The notes under the pieces: generated by a model
Databases searched by the model: none
What the model was told of the DNA's origin: nothing
What the model saw: only the letters and a program-made list of their open reading frames with translations
Assembly (NCBI GenBank): GCA_051294375.1
Contig: CM119267.1
Span: 5,384,578 to 5,448,577, forward strand
Direction of reading: 5' to 3'
DNA from: Paraspadella gotoi
Lineage: Eukaryota; Animalia; Chaetognatha
DNA: 64,000 nt
Made by a program: the position numbers and the translations under genes
Shown: positions 25,673 through 37,256 of the stretch, one piece after another
Layout: each line of letters opens with the position of its first letter
Position numbering within the stretch: the stretch's first letter is position 1

Positions 25673-26629
25673 CTAACTCCTCAGCTCCGAAACGAGGGAA
25701 CTCTGTAACGTCCACTGACCCGACGGGCCACGCCCGTAAACCCTCCGTCCGTCGCGAAAGAAGGAACCGCCGGCGAGGCTGGGATTATCCACGACAAATC
25801 TAATCAAATTTCGAATGTGAGAGACATAACCAGGCGGCTCCTGGGCCGGGCTCGTAGATAAGTATTTGAGGATGATAGAGTCGGGTTGCTTGAGCCAAAG
25901 GGGAGCGTCGTCCCATGGTTCAAATTCAAAACTTTCGATCGAGAGTCGTTGCTCCTCCGTGGCGTAAACGTCGAGAAGTTTCCGCCGAGTTGTGCCGACA
26001 AAGTGTCGGGCTCCGCGAAGGGCAACGTCGGGTCCTTTGTCGGCAAAGGTGGCAGAGTAAAGACGACCTGTTTTGCACTCAACTGCGATCCCGTAAACAA
26101 TCGGCCAATGGACTCCTCCTCGAAATGAGTCGTTGACTTCGCAAACGCACGCCGTCTCCAAGTGAACCTCTTCCGGAACGCCGTGGAAGGCGGAGAGAAG
26201 ACTACGAAAAAGTACGACGCTCTCCCCTCGCTCGTCGATAAAGCCGCCAAAGAGATGAAGTTCGAGGCGACCCTCGGGGGAGCCGCGCGACAATCCTACA
26301 ACTTTGGTGAGCATTCGGCGCACGCCGCCTTCTGTGTCGGAGCCGTCGAGGTGAGCCAGGCAAGTTACCCCGCTGCCCGAGTGACGCAAGACCATCAGGT
26401 GGCAAGTCGTGGCGTCTTCGCTGCCCAAAATGTCAACGTTCGAATCGGCGGGCGAAACGACGGCGAATTCACGTTGCATCACGTACAAGAGTTTGTCGGA
26501 GCCGATTATGGTCGGTTGTTCTTCATGAAGTCGTTGCGACGTGGCGTGAATCCGGGAAAACTTTTTGTCGATTTCCAGTGCGTCGCCGGGGGGCGCCGTC
26601 TGGCGCTCTTCCTCCAGAAATAACACCAT
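25673..26629 (-). CDS. NTAN1: Protein N-terminal asparagine amidohydrolase (intronless)
   Basis: LLYVMQREFAV..ILGSEDATTCHLMVLRHSGSGVTCLAHLDGS; GRLELHLFGGF; LSTSPAQEPP. Confidence 0.95.
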   Translation of the reverse strand: MVLFLEEERQTAPPGDALEIDKKFSRIHATSQRLHEEQPTIIGSDKLLYVMQREFAVVSPADSNVDILGSEDATTCHLMVLRHSGSGVTCLAHLDGSDTEGGVRRMLTKVVGLSRGSPEGRLELHLFGGFIDERGESVVLFRSLLSAFHGVPEEVHLETACVCEVNDSFRGGVHWPIVYGIAVECKTGRLYSATFADKGPDVALRGARHFVGTTRRKLLDVYATEEQRLSIESFEFEPWDDAPLWLKQPDSIILKYLSTSPAQEPPGYVSHIRNLIRFVVDNPSLAGGSFFRDGRRVYGRGPSGQWTLQSSLVSELRS

Positions 26630-27013
26630 GATAAAATCACATGGTTTATAAACTTATAAACTGCAACAAAGAAAAAAAATAGTGATGCTTGGAATTGGAC
26701 GACACTGGACTCGCCTTTAAAAAGCAGACCCGCTCGTCGGGTCAACGATTTAAAAAGAAAAAAAAAGAAGGGTCGCATTTGCACAAAAGCGGCAAAGGAG
26801 TCGCAGTCAAGGGAATCGATTTAAATGAAAAAATTAGTAATACCGCGAAAGTGAATTGATGAAACTAAAGAGCCTTCAAGACAAAAAAAAGGGGGTTGAT
26901 TCTTGAAAACTCGGATTATGTACAACGAGAAAAGAAAAAGGCGGAAAGCCGTTTCTCCCCCCCCCCCTCGGCCCTTCCTCGGTTCCCCCCCCCCCACGGC
27001 GATTAGTATGGCA

Positions 27014-28285
27014 TTAACTATGTTCAGCTCGCAGAGCCTCCAGTGCGGAAGACATGGCGATGAGGTTGCGGCCGGTGCTGGTTCCGTCGACGTTTTCTTC
27101 TTCCTCGCTGTCGACTCGAGGTGGTTTGTCTTGGGTGGATTGTTTCGATTCGCCTTGGTGGTCGTTGGTTTCCCCCTTGACTCGATCCCCGCTGCCTCCG
27201 CGTTTTTCTCGACTGGAGTCTCTGGATTTCTTCTTAGCGTCGCGACTGCGGGAGCGGCGTTTGTTCGACCCGCGGCTGCGAGACCGGCTCCTTCTCTTCG
27301 AGTCTCTGCTCCGGCTTCGACGTTTCGAATCTCGGCTTCGATCTCGGCGAGAGCGATCTCGGCTGCGCGATCGCTTTCGCTCTCCGGCGGAGCGAGAGCT
27401 GCGATCGCGAGGACTCCGAGATCGCCGCCGATCGCCACCGGCGGATCTCCGGTCGCGGTCGCGACTCTTGGATCTCCGACGATCCCCGCGCCTCGAAGAT
27501 TTCTCCCGGTCGCGATCTTCCCGCCGCTTGAGACGCTCCGCCTCTGCCTCCGCCTTTGCTTTGTCCCGGTCCTGCCGCAACTTGGTCCTGGCGTCGCGGC
27601 GATCTTTGAGGACCGCGCGGAGCTTGGCGTAACCGATGTGTTGCTTGCCGTTAAGATGGTCGTCGATGCGCGACTGGGCGTCGCCGATGATGAGAAAGAC
27701 GCCGCAAATCTCGCAGACCTCCATCATCTTTTCGTCCTTGAGCGAGGAGTAGACGATGGGCGAGATGCCGCTGGCCTCGTTGGCCTTTTGCTGACGTTCC
27801 GCCTTGAGCTGCTCGCAGAGGCGCGTCATTCCTTGGGCCTCCTCGACGCGTCCCTCGCAGCCGAGCTGCTCCGCCTTGTCCATGAGTTCATTGATCTTTT
27901 CTGTAAGGTTCTTGACTCGTTCGTCCTCGGAGCCGGGCTCTTGCTGCTCGCGCGAGAGCTTTAGCCGCTGGTGACCGCGAGCGATGCGCTTGTCGCACTC
28001 GCGAATGTGAGAGTCTATCATGCGTTCGAACTCGTCCTCGACGTGGCAGCGCTGGTAAGGAGGCGCCTTTTCGAACTCGGCCTTGAGATCGTCGTCATGG
28101 ATCTTGTCGCAGGGACCGAGGTCTGATTTGGTGTTGGTGAAAAGTTCGTGGGGGCACGTGCCGCAGAGGTAGTATTTGCAGACGCGCTTGTCGTCCCACT
28201 TAATGCCGCGGGCTTTGTCGCCGGGGGCCAAGTTTCGGTCGCGGCCCATTAGCTCGTCCAGCATCGCTGCCATCACGTTCGCCAT
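27014..28285 (-). CDS. LUC7L: LUC7-like U1 snRNP-associated protein (intronless CDS; 5' UTR introns)
   Basis: AMLDELMGRDRN; CCCH finger VCKYYLCGTCPHELFTNTKSDLGPCDKIH; second finger VCEICGVFL..HLNGKQHIGY; RS-rich tail. Paralog assignment (LUC7L/L2/L3) is uncertain. Confidence 0.93.
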   Translation of the reverse strand: MANVMAAMLDELMGRDRNLAPGDKARGIKWDDKRVCKYYLCGTCPHELFTNTKSDLGPCDKIHDDDLKAEFEKAPPYQRCHVEDEFERMIDSHIRECDKRIARGHQRLKLSREQQEPGSEDERVKNLTEKINELMDKAEQLGCEGRVEEAQGMTRLCEQLKAERQQKANEASGISPIVYSSLKDEKMMEVCEICGVFLIIGDAQSRIDDHLNGKQHIGYAKLRAVLKDRRDARTKLRQDRDKAKAEAEAERLKRREDRDREKSSRRGDRRRSKSRDRDRRSAGGDRRRSRSPRDRSSRSAGERKRSRSRDRSRRDRSRDSKRRSRSRDSKRRSRSRSRGSNKRRSRSRDAKKKSRDSSREKRGGSGDRVKGETNDHQGESKQSTQDKPPRVDSEEEENVDGTSTGRNLIAMSSALEALRAEHS

Positions 28286-28707
28286 GTTGGGGGACCTGAC
28301 GATAAATGATTTTTTAGGAAAAAGGAAAAAGAATCTTAAGAATTTAATTTTTTTATTACCTGCTTTCTACGCCACTCTAGGAGAATAAGCGTCGCCGATA
28401 TTGTTAATTAAAATAAACCGATACCAACTGTAAGAAATAAATTATAACGACTTTCGATTAGAACGCAATCTCGAATAAAATTTATACCTCGGCGATTTTG
28501 CCGAGAACATCACAACACAAAACGCTCGTGTTGTTTTTAAATAATAAAGGCGAGAAATTTCGAGAAAAAATATCGGACAGTAAGTACGTAATTTTTTTCA
28601 TCATTCGTTTTAGTAGATGATATTCATTGATTGAAATTGAGCAATTAAAACATACCTTTAATAAAAAAAATAATATTCATAAAAACAAAAAAATCAAAAA
28701 AAAGTTT

Positions 28708-31226
28708 TTATTGATTATCTTCGCAGCGACGGACTCGACATTGAGAACAAACAAGGCGCTCGCTCAAAATTCTTTCGAGCCCATCCTTTGCCAATTTCTT
28801 TAGGTCGCCGAAGATGTCGTCCAGTAGATTGTCGATGATAAGCGGCGATTGAAACAAAACGTCGCTAATCTGCTCGTCCGCGGCCGTCGGACTTGCGTCT
28901 CTCGATCGACGAGGATCGTCACCGTCATTTTCATCCGCAACCTCTGGCTTGTCGCAAAAGTTTTTCCAAGGGATCTTAACGGTGTTTGGGTTTTTCTTTA
29001 TCGAGGGAATGACGGAATAATCTATTTCCTTTGCATTGGATCCCCTCTCGTGCAGGTAGTCGTCGCATGCGTTGAGCTTTTCAATCGAAGGAGCGTTCGG
29101 CTTATGATCAGACTGCTCGTTGAGGTTGTTGCTAGCAATAACACGTCTTTTTGTGGAATCCATGTGGAGATTGGACAACAGAGACGGTATTTCTGCCCTT
29201 TTTTCTTTCGGGATTTTGACGCTTTCACTATTTTCAATCTTTTCCCTCGACTTTTTCTTCGAAGTGTATTCTTCTACGAGACTTGGGTCGACGTTGAACG
29301 AGAGGTCCTTGAAGGACTTGGCGATGTCTTCGAAGGCGTCGCCGTTAATGACGTCCTTGTAATTTTCCATGAAAATCTCCTTCATAATACTAAGATCTTT
29401 CTCCTCGTCTGCAACGTCTTCACCGTAGCTCACGAGACGAGGCTTCATCATCTCAACCGGAGTGGAAGTATCGGCGCCGGAATTCTCGTCCTTCTCGAAG
29501 TGTTCCAAAACCCAGCCTTCTACTTGAGAAACGTCAAGTTCCATCGTCAAAGCTTGGTCGAGATTAACGATGGCGTCGTCCTCGATGATTCCATCGAAGA
29601 AGCGAGAATTAATCCGCCGCGTTTCTAGGGATCCAGAGAGAGAGGAACCAACTTCGACCCTCGACGGCGAAAGATCCATTTGTCTCCCTTTCTCTTCCCA
29701 ATCCTCCGAAAGAAGACTCTCGACGACGGGACTGGAATGGCTCTTCTCCGGTGGCCAAAAGCCCTTTGGTGGAAGAAGCCCTTTTTTCCTAAGCTTGTCG
29801 CGATGTTTTGCCAAACTCTTGATATGATCGAAATCGTCGGAACGAAGGATTTCTCGAGCGAATTGCTTGGAAAACCTTTCGCAGGCGAGATCGGTCGCGT
29901 TGGGCGCCGGTGGTGGAATGAGAGACAAAGGCTGCGGTCGTCGAAGCTCCTCTTCCCAGTCTTCTTCGAGAGCGGCGTTGACGTCGGCGAATGGACGAAC
30001 GTTCGGCGGGACGCTGACGTCGCCGACAACGATGTGGTGGCGATTACATTGGGGGCCGTCGAAAGTGTCGACGCTGATGCGATCGGGACAAACGCATATA
30101 TGATGGTAAAGCTGTTCAGCCTGAGATGTGAGAAGAAAAATAAATTACAGGGGTGGGACCCTAATTCGAGACAAATCTTAACGTCCTGCCCTGTCTGAAC
30201 AATTTGAGATACAATAATAAAATTAATGGCAAAAGTTTTTTATGGCTTTTTACTTTTTTATACAATGATATAAAATAAATTTTTAAGCAAATAAAAGGCG
30301 TGGATGTTTTCAAAACATTTAGTTTATATTCGCGCGCATTGTATTGCATACGATAAAAGCCATACTTGTTAATATTTTTCGGTGGTCGTTTCTGAATATG
30401 ATAGTGGTATGTCTTATTTTCAATTCACCTGATTTTAAGCTTTTCATACTATCCAAATTAAACCCATTTAATTTTTTTTTAGGTAAGACAAAATTTTAGA
30501 AAGATTATAACACATGCTTAAATTGTCAAATACTTATATTTAATATAATTTTGACCCTTTCATTATGCATTTAGAAATCTTACATGATTAACTTAATTAT
30601 CTGACAATATACTATTATACTATAAATAAGTACTTGCAAAAATAATTTTAACTGTTATGTATTAGAATGAGATTAAACAATAAGTATTCAAACATTTTTT
30701 TTCCAAACCGCGTGGAGAAAACTGAGCAGTTGCCTTTGCTGCATCAAAAAAGCATAATATCAAAGAATTTCAAAACTATTAATATATAGTCTAAAAGCTA
30801 AGAGAGAAAATTATACGAATATTTATTCAGATTTTAAAAATCATTAAGAGTTTTAGAGTAATGATTTTATAAATTTTGTCTCGATATATGCTCCCACCCC
30901 TGTATTCCCTTTATTAATAATTAGTCATCAGTAAAAGTGTTTCCCGCGAGACGAGGCTCCACTTTCACGAGACTCACCTTGACATCGTGCATCGCATTAA
31001 AGGGACAAGTCTTTAATTCTTCGCCGCGGTGCGATCGACGGCAAGCGGCGAGATGCGCACGAATTCGTCTGTTCGACACAACGTGTCGGGGGTCGTAAGG
31101 GCAAATCCAATGAGTGGCGTCGGGCTTTGGGTCCACCATGTCGCTAATCACATCGCGACGTCGCATCGACGGAAAATAATTTTCGCCCGGGCGAGGAGGA
31201 CCGGGAATCGGACGGTGAAACGCCAT
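28708..31226 (-). CDS. GTSF1/Asterix-like tandem CHHC zinc-finger protein (~553 aa; exons 31226-30978 and 30120-28708)
   Basis: CPYDPRHVVSNRRIRAHLAAC and CPFNAMHDVK|AEQLYHHICVC are two U11-48K-like CHHC fingers; acidic EEDWEEE motif follows. Confidence 0.8.
30148..30902. mobile_element. Tc1/mariner-type MITE with TA target-site duplication
   Basis: ta|caggggtggga ... tcccacccctg|ta; subterminal tcgagacaaa/tttgtctcga; no transposase ORF. Confidence 0.85.
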
Positions 31227-31763
31227 ATGTTGACAGCTTTAAATCCAAAAGTTCGACGAGGACTCGTGACTAAAAAGAAAGGGGAAAAAAATAATTTGTT
31301 CTCCGAAACGGCTCTGGCGAAAAAACGCTCAAATGCAAAAAATAAAATCTCCAGAAAAAAGTGCAAATTTCGCGTGTGGCAAATAAGATGTAAAGTCTAT
31401 AGAAAAAATAATCGTCGGCGCGGTTTTTTTTTTTTTGGTAAAAAACAAGAACGGAAATTCAAATGTGTGTTGCGCCGTAATAACTTTCTTAGCCTGCATA
31501 GGAATCTTATCTTTTATACTGTTGGAAATAAACTCTCATTGTAAGCCGTCATTCTTATTTCCATTTTATAAAAGTGTTTAAAAATATAAACAATCGATAT
31601 TTGGTTACAAACATTACTGTTCATTACTATCTCATTGCTTTGCTTCATCATGATTCCATTTTATACAGATTGCAATAATATTAATAAGCCCTCGTCGGGG
31701 TTTAGTATTTGTTTATATGGTTTATTATTTATCTCATGTGGTTATTATTGTTTGTATCATCAA

Positions 31764-31805
31764 TAGACTTATAGAGTTGCTCCGCGAGTACTCACGACTA
31801 AAAAC
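31764..31805 (+). mobile_element. Short DINE-1/Helentron-like 3'-end remnant
   Basis: gacttatagagttgctccgcgagta matches the reverse complement of ~3459-3484. Confidence 0.45.
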
Positions 31806-31932
31806 AGGAAAACAGCCAAATTTGGAATAATTTTCAAAGAAATGCCGGGGATCAAAATACTGCTGCTGATAGCCATTCCATCAAGAGACAAGGCACTCAT
31901 TTCGTTATGAGCCAATTAAAATGTTGACAACG

Positions 31933-32825
31933 TCATTGGGTCACGACTATTTCGACGCCAGGAGGAGAAACTACTTCGGTGTCGACGACATCCTCCGATT
32001 TTTGCTCTTTTTCTTCCGCATCTTCGTTAAGGACCGCGTCTTGAAGACCCTTGACGATTTCATCGACGTCGACTGACTCGACCGTCGCTTTCTCGGGAAC
32101 TTCAGTGCCTTCTTCCGCCGTAGACACGGAAGCGGGGTCAAAATCAACCTCCGCTTTAGACTCCACCGCTGGTTCTGAATCTGCTTCCGCCTTTGTCTCG
32201 GAAGCAGGTTCTGAAGTGCCTTCAGCCACAGGTTCTGGCGCTTGTTGAGGCACGACTTCAACTTCTGGCACAGCTTCCACAATTGGTTCCGGAGCTGGTT
32301 CCACGACTGCTTTGTCGACAGGTTCTGGATCTGCTTCCACCACTTGTTCCGGTGGGGCTTCCACCACCGTTTCCGGAACAGTTTCCACTACTGGTTCCGA
32401 AGTAGTTTCGACAACTGGTTTCGAGGCAGCATCAACCACTGGTTCTGGAGCTGCTTCCACTGCAGGTTCCGGCACTGCATCCTGAGGTTTTGAAGGAACA
32501 TCCACGAGCGGTTTTGGGACCGGAACGCATTCCGATTTATCCTCTGCCAACGCGTTAGCTGTCGGAGATACTAATAATTAGCAATCATCATCTATCACAC
32601 TTCCTAATTTGACAAACACTTTTTCAAACCTTGATCATCTTCGGTCACTTTAGTTGGCACATCGCTCTCAGCGACAGGGTGGGCAGAAGCCTTGTCCCGT
32701 GTCGCGTCGCCTGAACCATTGATTAACTCTTTAGATATCAATTCTGGGGCGTTTGAATTATTTGAAGTGTTGGCCTCCTTGTTCTGAGAAACGTCAAATT
32801 TCTTCTTGGCAAGGAGTTGACCCAT
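31933..32825 (-). CDS. Acidic Glu/Pro/Ala/Val-rich protein with predicted N-myristoyl + basic motif (BASP1/MARCKS-like), 2 exons
   Basis: MGQLLAKKKFDVSQNKEA; intron ~32628-32570 joins the two ORFs in frame; 8-aa repeats PEPVVEAA. Confidence 0.7.
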
Positions 32826-32998
32826 TTTGATTAAAAATTAGCTAGACTGGAAAGTATAAAACAAGTCAAAGTTAACAGTATTTTTTTAACAAATTTTAGC
32901 TATTCAAAAATTAACACCGAGATTCTTCAGTTTAAAATAAAAAAAAATATGAAAAGGTAGGTTCAAAACAAAGTTAGACACTCGGACATTAATCAGTT

Positions 32999-35839
32999 TT
33001 AAAATCCAGCAACCTGCTTCGTTCTCCTCACCGCCTTCAACTTATTCTTAGGACGCGGGAAAGAGCTCTGGATTTCGGTTTTATTAAACGTTTGTTCTTC
33101 CGGGTCGACAATTTCACGATCGATCTCTCGATGATGGACCCGAGACAAACCGTCCTCTCCCGTCCCTCCGTCCGCGAGTCTCTTCATCAACGAGATCGAA
33201 GGCTCGTCTTTCATTCTCACGTCCGGCGTCAACAGCATTGAACATCCCCGTGTTTCTTGATTATCACCCGAAGCAATGTCAGCTCCGACGCTTGTGTGAG
33301 TTTCTTGTGAAGCCAAAACCTCCGGGCTCACGCCCGATCCCGAGCTAAAGAATGTTTCTTGAGAATCAATCCCGCGATCCTCGCTCTTCAACGGTCCGCT
33401 GCTTTCTACAAAGTCTGAGTTCAACGTCACAGAATCGTTTGCTTGGGATTGCTCGATAATCGAGCTTTCACTTCGATATTTCTCGAATAGTCGTCCGCGG
33501 CTGGAGGCCCACGACCTAGTCGCAGCCTCCGGATCGATCAATCCGTTTTCGAGAAAGAACGGATTCCACAAACATCTCGCCACGCGGCGACGGAGTCTCT
33601 TGGGCGTCATGCCGAAACCCGGCGACATCGAAAGACTCTCGTCATTCGACGACCCTCTTTTCTGCGAAGCTGGAGTACTCCGCCTTCTACGATCACTGCC
33701 GCAAAAGGAAGATCGCGAAAAGATTGCCAAATCAGTGTCGAGCGAGTCGACGTCCTCTTCGTCGTCGTCGAATCCCAAACCTTTTCCCTGAGTCGACAAG
33801 AATGAAAGAATGTTATCCCGGTTAAGAGTGAAGATCTTCGATTCCGGCGCAAACTCCTCCTTCAGCGTCATTCTTTTGAAGGCGAGTTCGGCAGCGTCGT
33901 GAGTGGCGAGCCCGACGTCTCTCACGAAGCCAGAAGTCAACCGCGCCTCATGAAGCGCTTCCGAAGAGAGGCGTTCCATTCCGCAGCGACGACACGCGTC
34001 GTCCGCTTCGTCGTCGCGATCCCACCGAGTAAAGCTCGTCCAGTCCGCTCCGCGAGTTTTGCAGAAGAGACATTGAGATTCAGGCAGAGAATCCTCTTCC
34101 CTGGTGACCACGGCCCACGCCAAGCTGGCGTCCATGATATCAGAAGTTTCGACCACCGTCTCGAGCACAGAAGTTTCATTAAAATCCACGGGGATATTTT
34201 TCGCGAATTCTTTTTTAGAGTCTGACTCTCTCATATCAATCCTGAAGACTTCGCCAAGAGAAGACAGCTGCCAAAGCGACGATCCTGCAGACTCTCCGCC
34301 AACGGCTGATGGTAAGCAAGAAAGCCCAATGAGAGCAGTTTTTCTTCCGTCGTTTATTGGCGAGTTATCCGTCGCTGGACCGGACAAAGTCTTGAACGAA
34401 TCATTAATCCTCCAAGGCATCGTTGGGTTTTCACGGTCAAAAACGATGGCGTTGATCTCCCACGGCGATTGCGACGCTAGCGCCACTGCTTCCCCACCGT
34501 CGAGCTGAGCAACAGCTCCGTAAACTGGACGCCGGAGCAAGCTGTGCTTCAAGTCTGCCGTAGGAACGTTAGGTATACGTTCGTCCACGACGAGAAGAGA
34601 CCGCGAAGTGGCGACGTACCAAGCGAAGGGATCGATTCGCGACCGTAAGACTCGACAAACGCGTTCATTGGGAAGCACGGAAGAGTGAGGTAGGGTAAGC
34701 AAGTCACGGCATCTGGCCCGCCGACGAATATCCCACAGAAACGCTCCCGTTCTATTGGCCTGAATGACGAGGCGAGGGTGGCTCCCGAAGAGCGCCTGAG
34801 AGAAGGACTCCGAATCAGAGGGACCGTCGTCGAACCTTTCTTCCCCGATAAAGAGACGCCGGAGATGGCTCGTCTCCAAGTCCCAGAGGCGGACGTCGCC
34901 GTCGCGCGATGACACGAGCGCCTCCGTCGATATGTCGGTCCCTAGCGCCGTTGAGTCGACGCGCGTCCGGAAGTTGTTGTCCACAGTCGACTGGGAGGCG
35001 GCGACGACGACCGAGCGAGGACGGCCGTCGAGACGCGAAAGATCGACAAAGGTGACAACTTGGCCGCCGTTGACGATGAGAGCGGAACCGGAAGTCGTAA
35101 TTTCTCTAGGGTCGCAATTTGGGAGAGGCACGTTGAATCGAAAGGAACCGTGAAAATGACCTCCTTTCTCGTGTAGGCCGGCAAAGCGCAACTGACGTTT
35201 CTCTGTCGGCGAAGGATAAGCGAGTACAATGGAGGCAGAGTCATTGGGGTGAGGGAAAGCCGCCAACGCGCCGGAGCCGAAGTCGAGACATTGAGACACG
35301 AAATCAGTGGAGAAAAGCTTCGAGTCGTAGAGAGGGAGGTTTGTGATCCATTGACTAGAAACCAAGCCGTCAACGACGACGCCGCCGGTGTTGATGTTGT
35401 GAAGAACGTCGTCGGATGCAGAGCTCGTGGATGCCAACAGCCGACAGTGGTCGCGGAGCGCCGCGTTGCTGGCTACTTTTCCTCGGTAGCATTGAAGGCT
35501 CTTGAGAGTGTCCTCGACCAAACGGTTTTTAGAGCGAAATTCGGACAAAAAGTCGATAGGGTTGGACTGAAATGAAATTTAATTTAAAAATTTATGTCTT
35601 GGAGTCAGACAACATGGTTTGTTTTTATAAATTTAAAATTTTTGGAAACGAACCTCTTTTCTAAAAACTCTTTTGTTGACCAATTTGACCAAGGAAGGCG
35701 CAGAGGGTTGCCATAGTCTTTGGGAAATAATCTCCCCGTCAACGTCAGAAGCGACGGCGGAGACTTGGCCGAAACCATCCACGACGGTTCGACGGTTTGG
35801 ATTGCAACGCGTCGTCGAAAAGTTGAAGGGTGGAAACAT
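32999..35839 (-). CDS. TAF1C: TAF1C/RRN6-like RNA polymerase I SL1 subunit, 2 exons
   Basis: Beta-propeller-like segment DGDVRLWDLE, FGSHPRLV..RTGAFLWDIR, VATSRSLLVVDERIPNVP..LKHSL, LWQLSSLGEVF. Start exon is inferred. Confidence 0.75.
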
Positions 35840-36249
35840 CGTCGTCGATCGAGAAACATACTTTCGATCCTATTCTTAAAACATCTATTTTTAAATATGA
35901 ATCAAGAAAGTAAACTCGCAGTTGCAATTCATAATTCAATGAAGAAACAATAGGTCTAACTCCGACGAACAAGGCATTTCCAAATTGAACGCATCACCAT
36001 GTCAATACATAATAAATAAGCATAACTAAGAAAGGCGGGAAGAACATTGTCATTAATCTTACTTGACAAATAATGTTAGGACAGAGTTTAAAAGATGTGA
36101 AAAAGTGGTCTAGTCGATTTGAAATCACCCACGAATCATTCGACTAAATTTTTATTTTCACTAAACGGCTAAGTCGGTAACAACAAAAAAAATAAGTAAT
36201 CAACGATAAGTTCAATGTCACGCGTAATAGACTAGTTAAAACTTAGCAT

Positions 36250-37029
36250 TCAAACAGCGTCTGTATTTTGATCTTTCTCAGCCACATCGGCGACCTCGGT
36301 CGTGGCTTCCAAAGCCGATTCACCGCCAGGCTGCTTTTCTCCGCTCTCCAAATCTTCACCGCTGACGTCCGTTCTTTGCCTCTTCTTGGAACGAATGTCC
36401 GCCAGAGTCTCTTCAATCGATCGCTTGTCCTTTTTGTTTTCGCTCGAGACAAATCCATAAGCGGAGTTTGCGTGGAGACTTTGCGCCGCGGCGGCGGCGC
36501 TCTCGACGCCGATCAAATGCTGGTACTTGTTGTGATAGTCGGTCGTCGGCTTGGCCTCGTTCTTCGCCGACTTTCGCCGCGATTCCTCGTCTTCTCGTTC
36601 CTGTTTCTCCCGCTGGCGGCGCTGGAGGATTTCCCTCACTTCCTTGGGGTCATAAGTTTGTCCGGAGCGGTAAACGACGAGCTCCTCCTCTGTGGGCGCC
36701 TTCTCCTTTTTAAAGATCATGACGAAGCGGTCGACGTCTTCGATCCCAAAGGCGGCGGAGGCCAGGCCGGCCACCTCCGCGACTTCGTGGACGATGCTGC
36801 GCCGCACCTTGTCCATCGGTTCAAAACGAAAGCACTCCAGTTCGGCGTCGTTTTGGACGAAGCGGTTGAGGCGCGTCTGAATTTCCTTACGGAAAGAGGC
36901 GCGGACGAGGCGCTCGCGAGCCTGGAACTTTTCCATCTTGGCTTTCTGTTCTTTGAGCTTTTTCTTAGCGTCGTCGTCGACGGCCGGGGGTTTCTCCATG
37001 GACCCGAGTATCGAGCCTAAGAGATCCAT
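36250..37029 (-). CDS. SPAG7: Sperm-associated antigen 7 (R3H domain), intronless
   Basis: MDLLGSILGSMEKPP; FEPMDKVRRSIVHEVAEVAGL; YGFVSSENKKDKRSIEETLADIRSKKR. Confidence 0.95.
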   Translation of the reverse strand: MDLLGSILGSMEKPPAVDDDAKKKLKEQKAKMEKFQARERLVRASFRKEIQTRLNRFVQNDAELECFRFEPMDKVRRSIVHEVAEVAGLASAAFGIEDVDRFVMIFKKEKAPTEEELVVYRSGQTYDPKEVREILQRRQREKQEREDEESRRKSAKNEAKPTTDYHNKYQHLIGVESAAAAAQSLHANSAYGFVSSENKKDKRSIEETLADIRSKKRQRTDVSGEDLESGEKQPGGESALEATTEVADVAEKDQNTDAV

Positions 37030-37256
37030 TGTTTTTTGCGGCAAAAAAGGAATAGTTTTTTATTTCTTGATTTTATTTTATCAATTTTTTTTCAAATCTG
37101 TGGTTTAATAACATTTTGCGATAATTGACGAAAAATAGTACATCGAACAAAAAGAACAAACAAAAAAAACAAACAAAAAAAAAAGGTCAAAAAACGGGGC
37201 GAGATTATCGTACAAACATTTGATAATGATGGATAAATTGGATATATTGCTAATTG

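Noticed and set aside
26903-27964. 353-aa plus-strand ORF
   Set aside because: Antisense shadow of the GC-rich RS region of LUC7L; no recognisable motifs.
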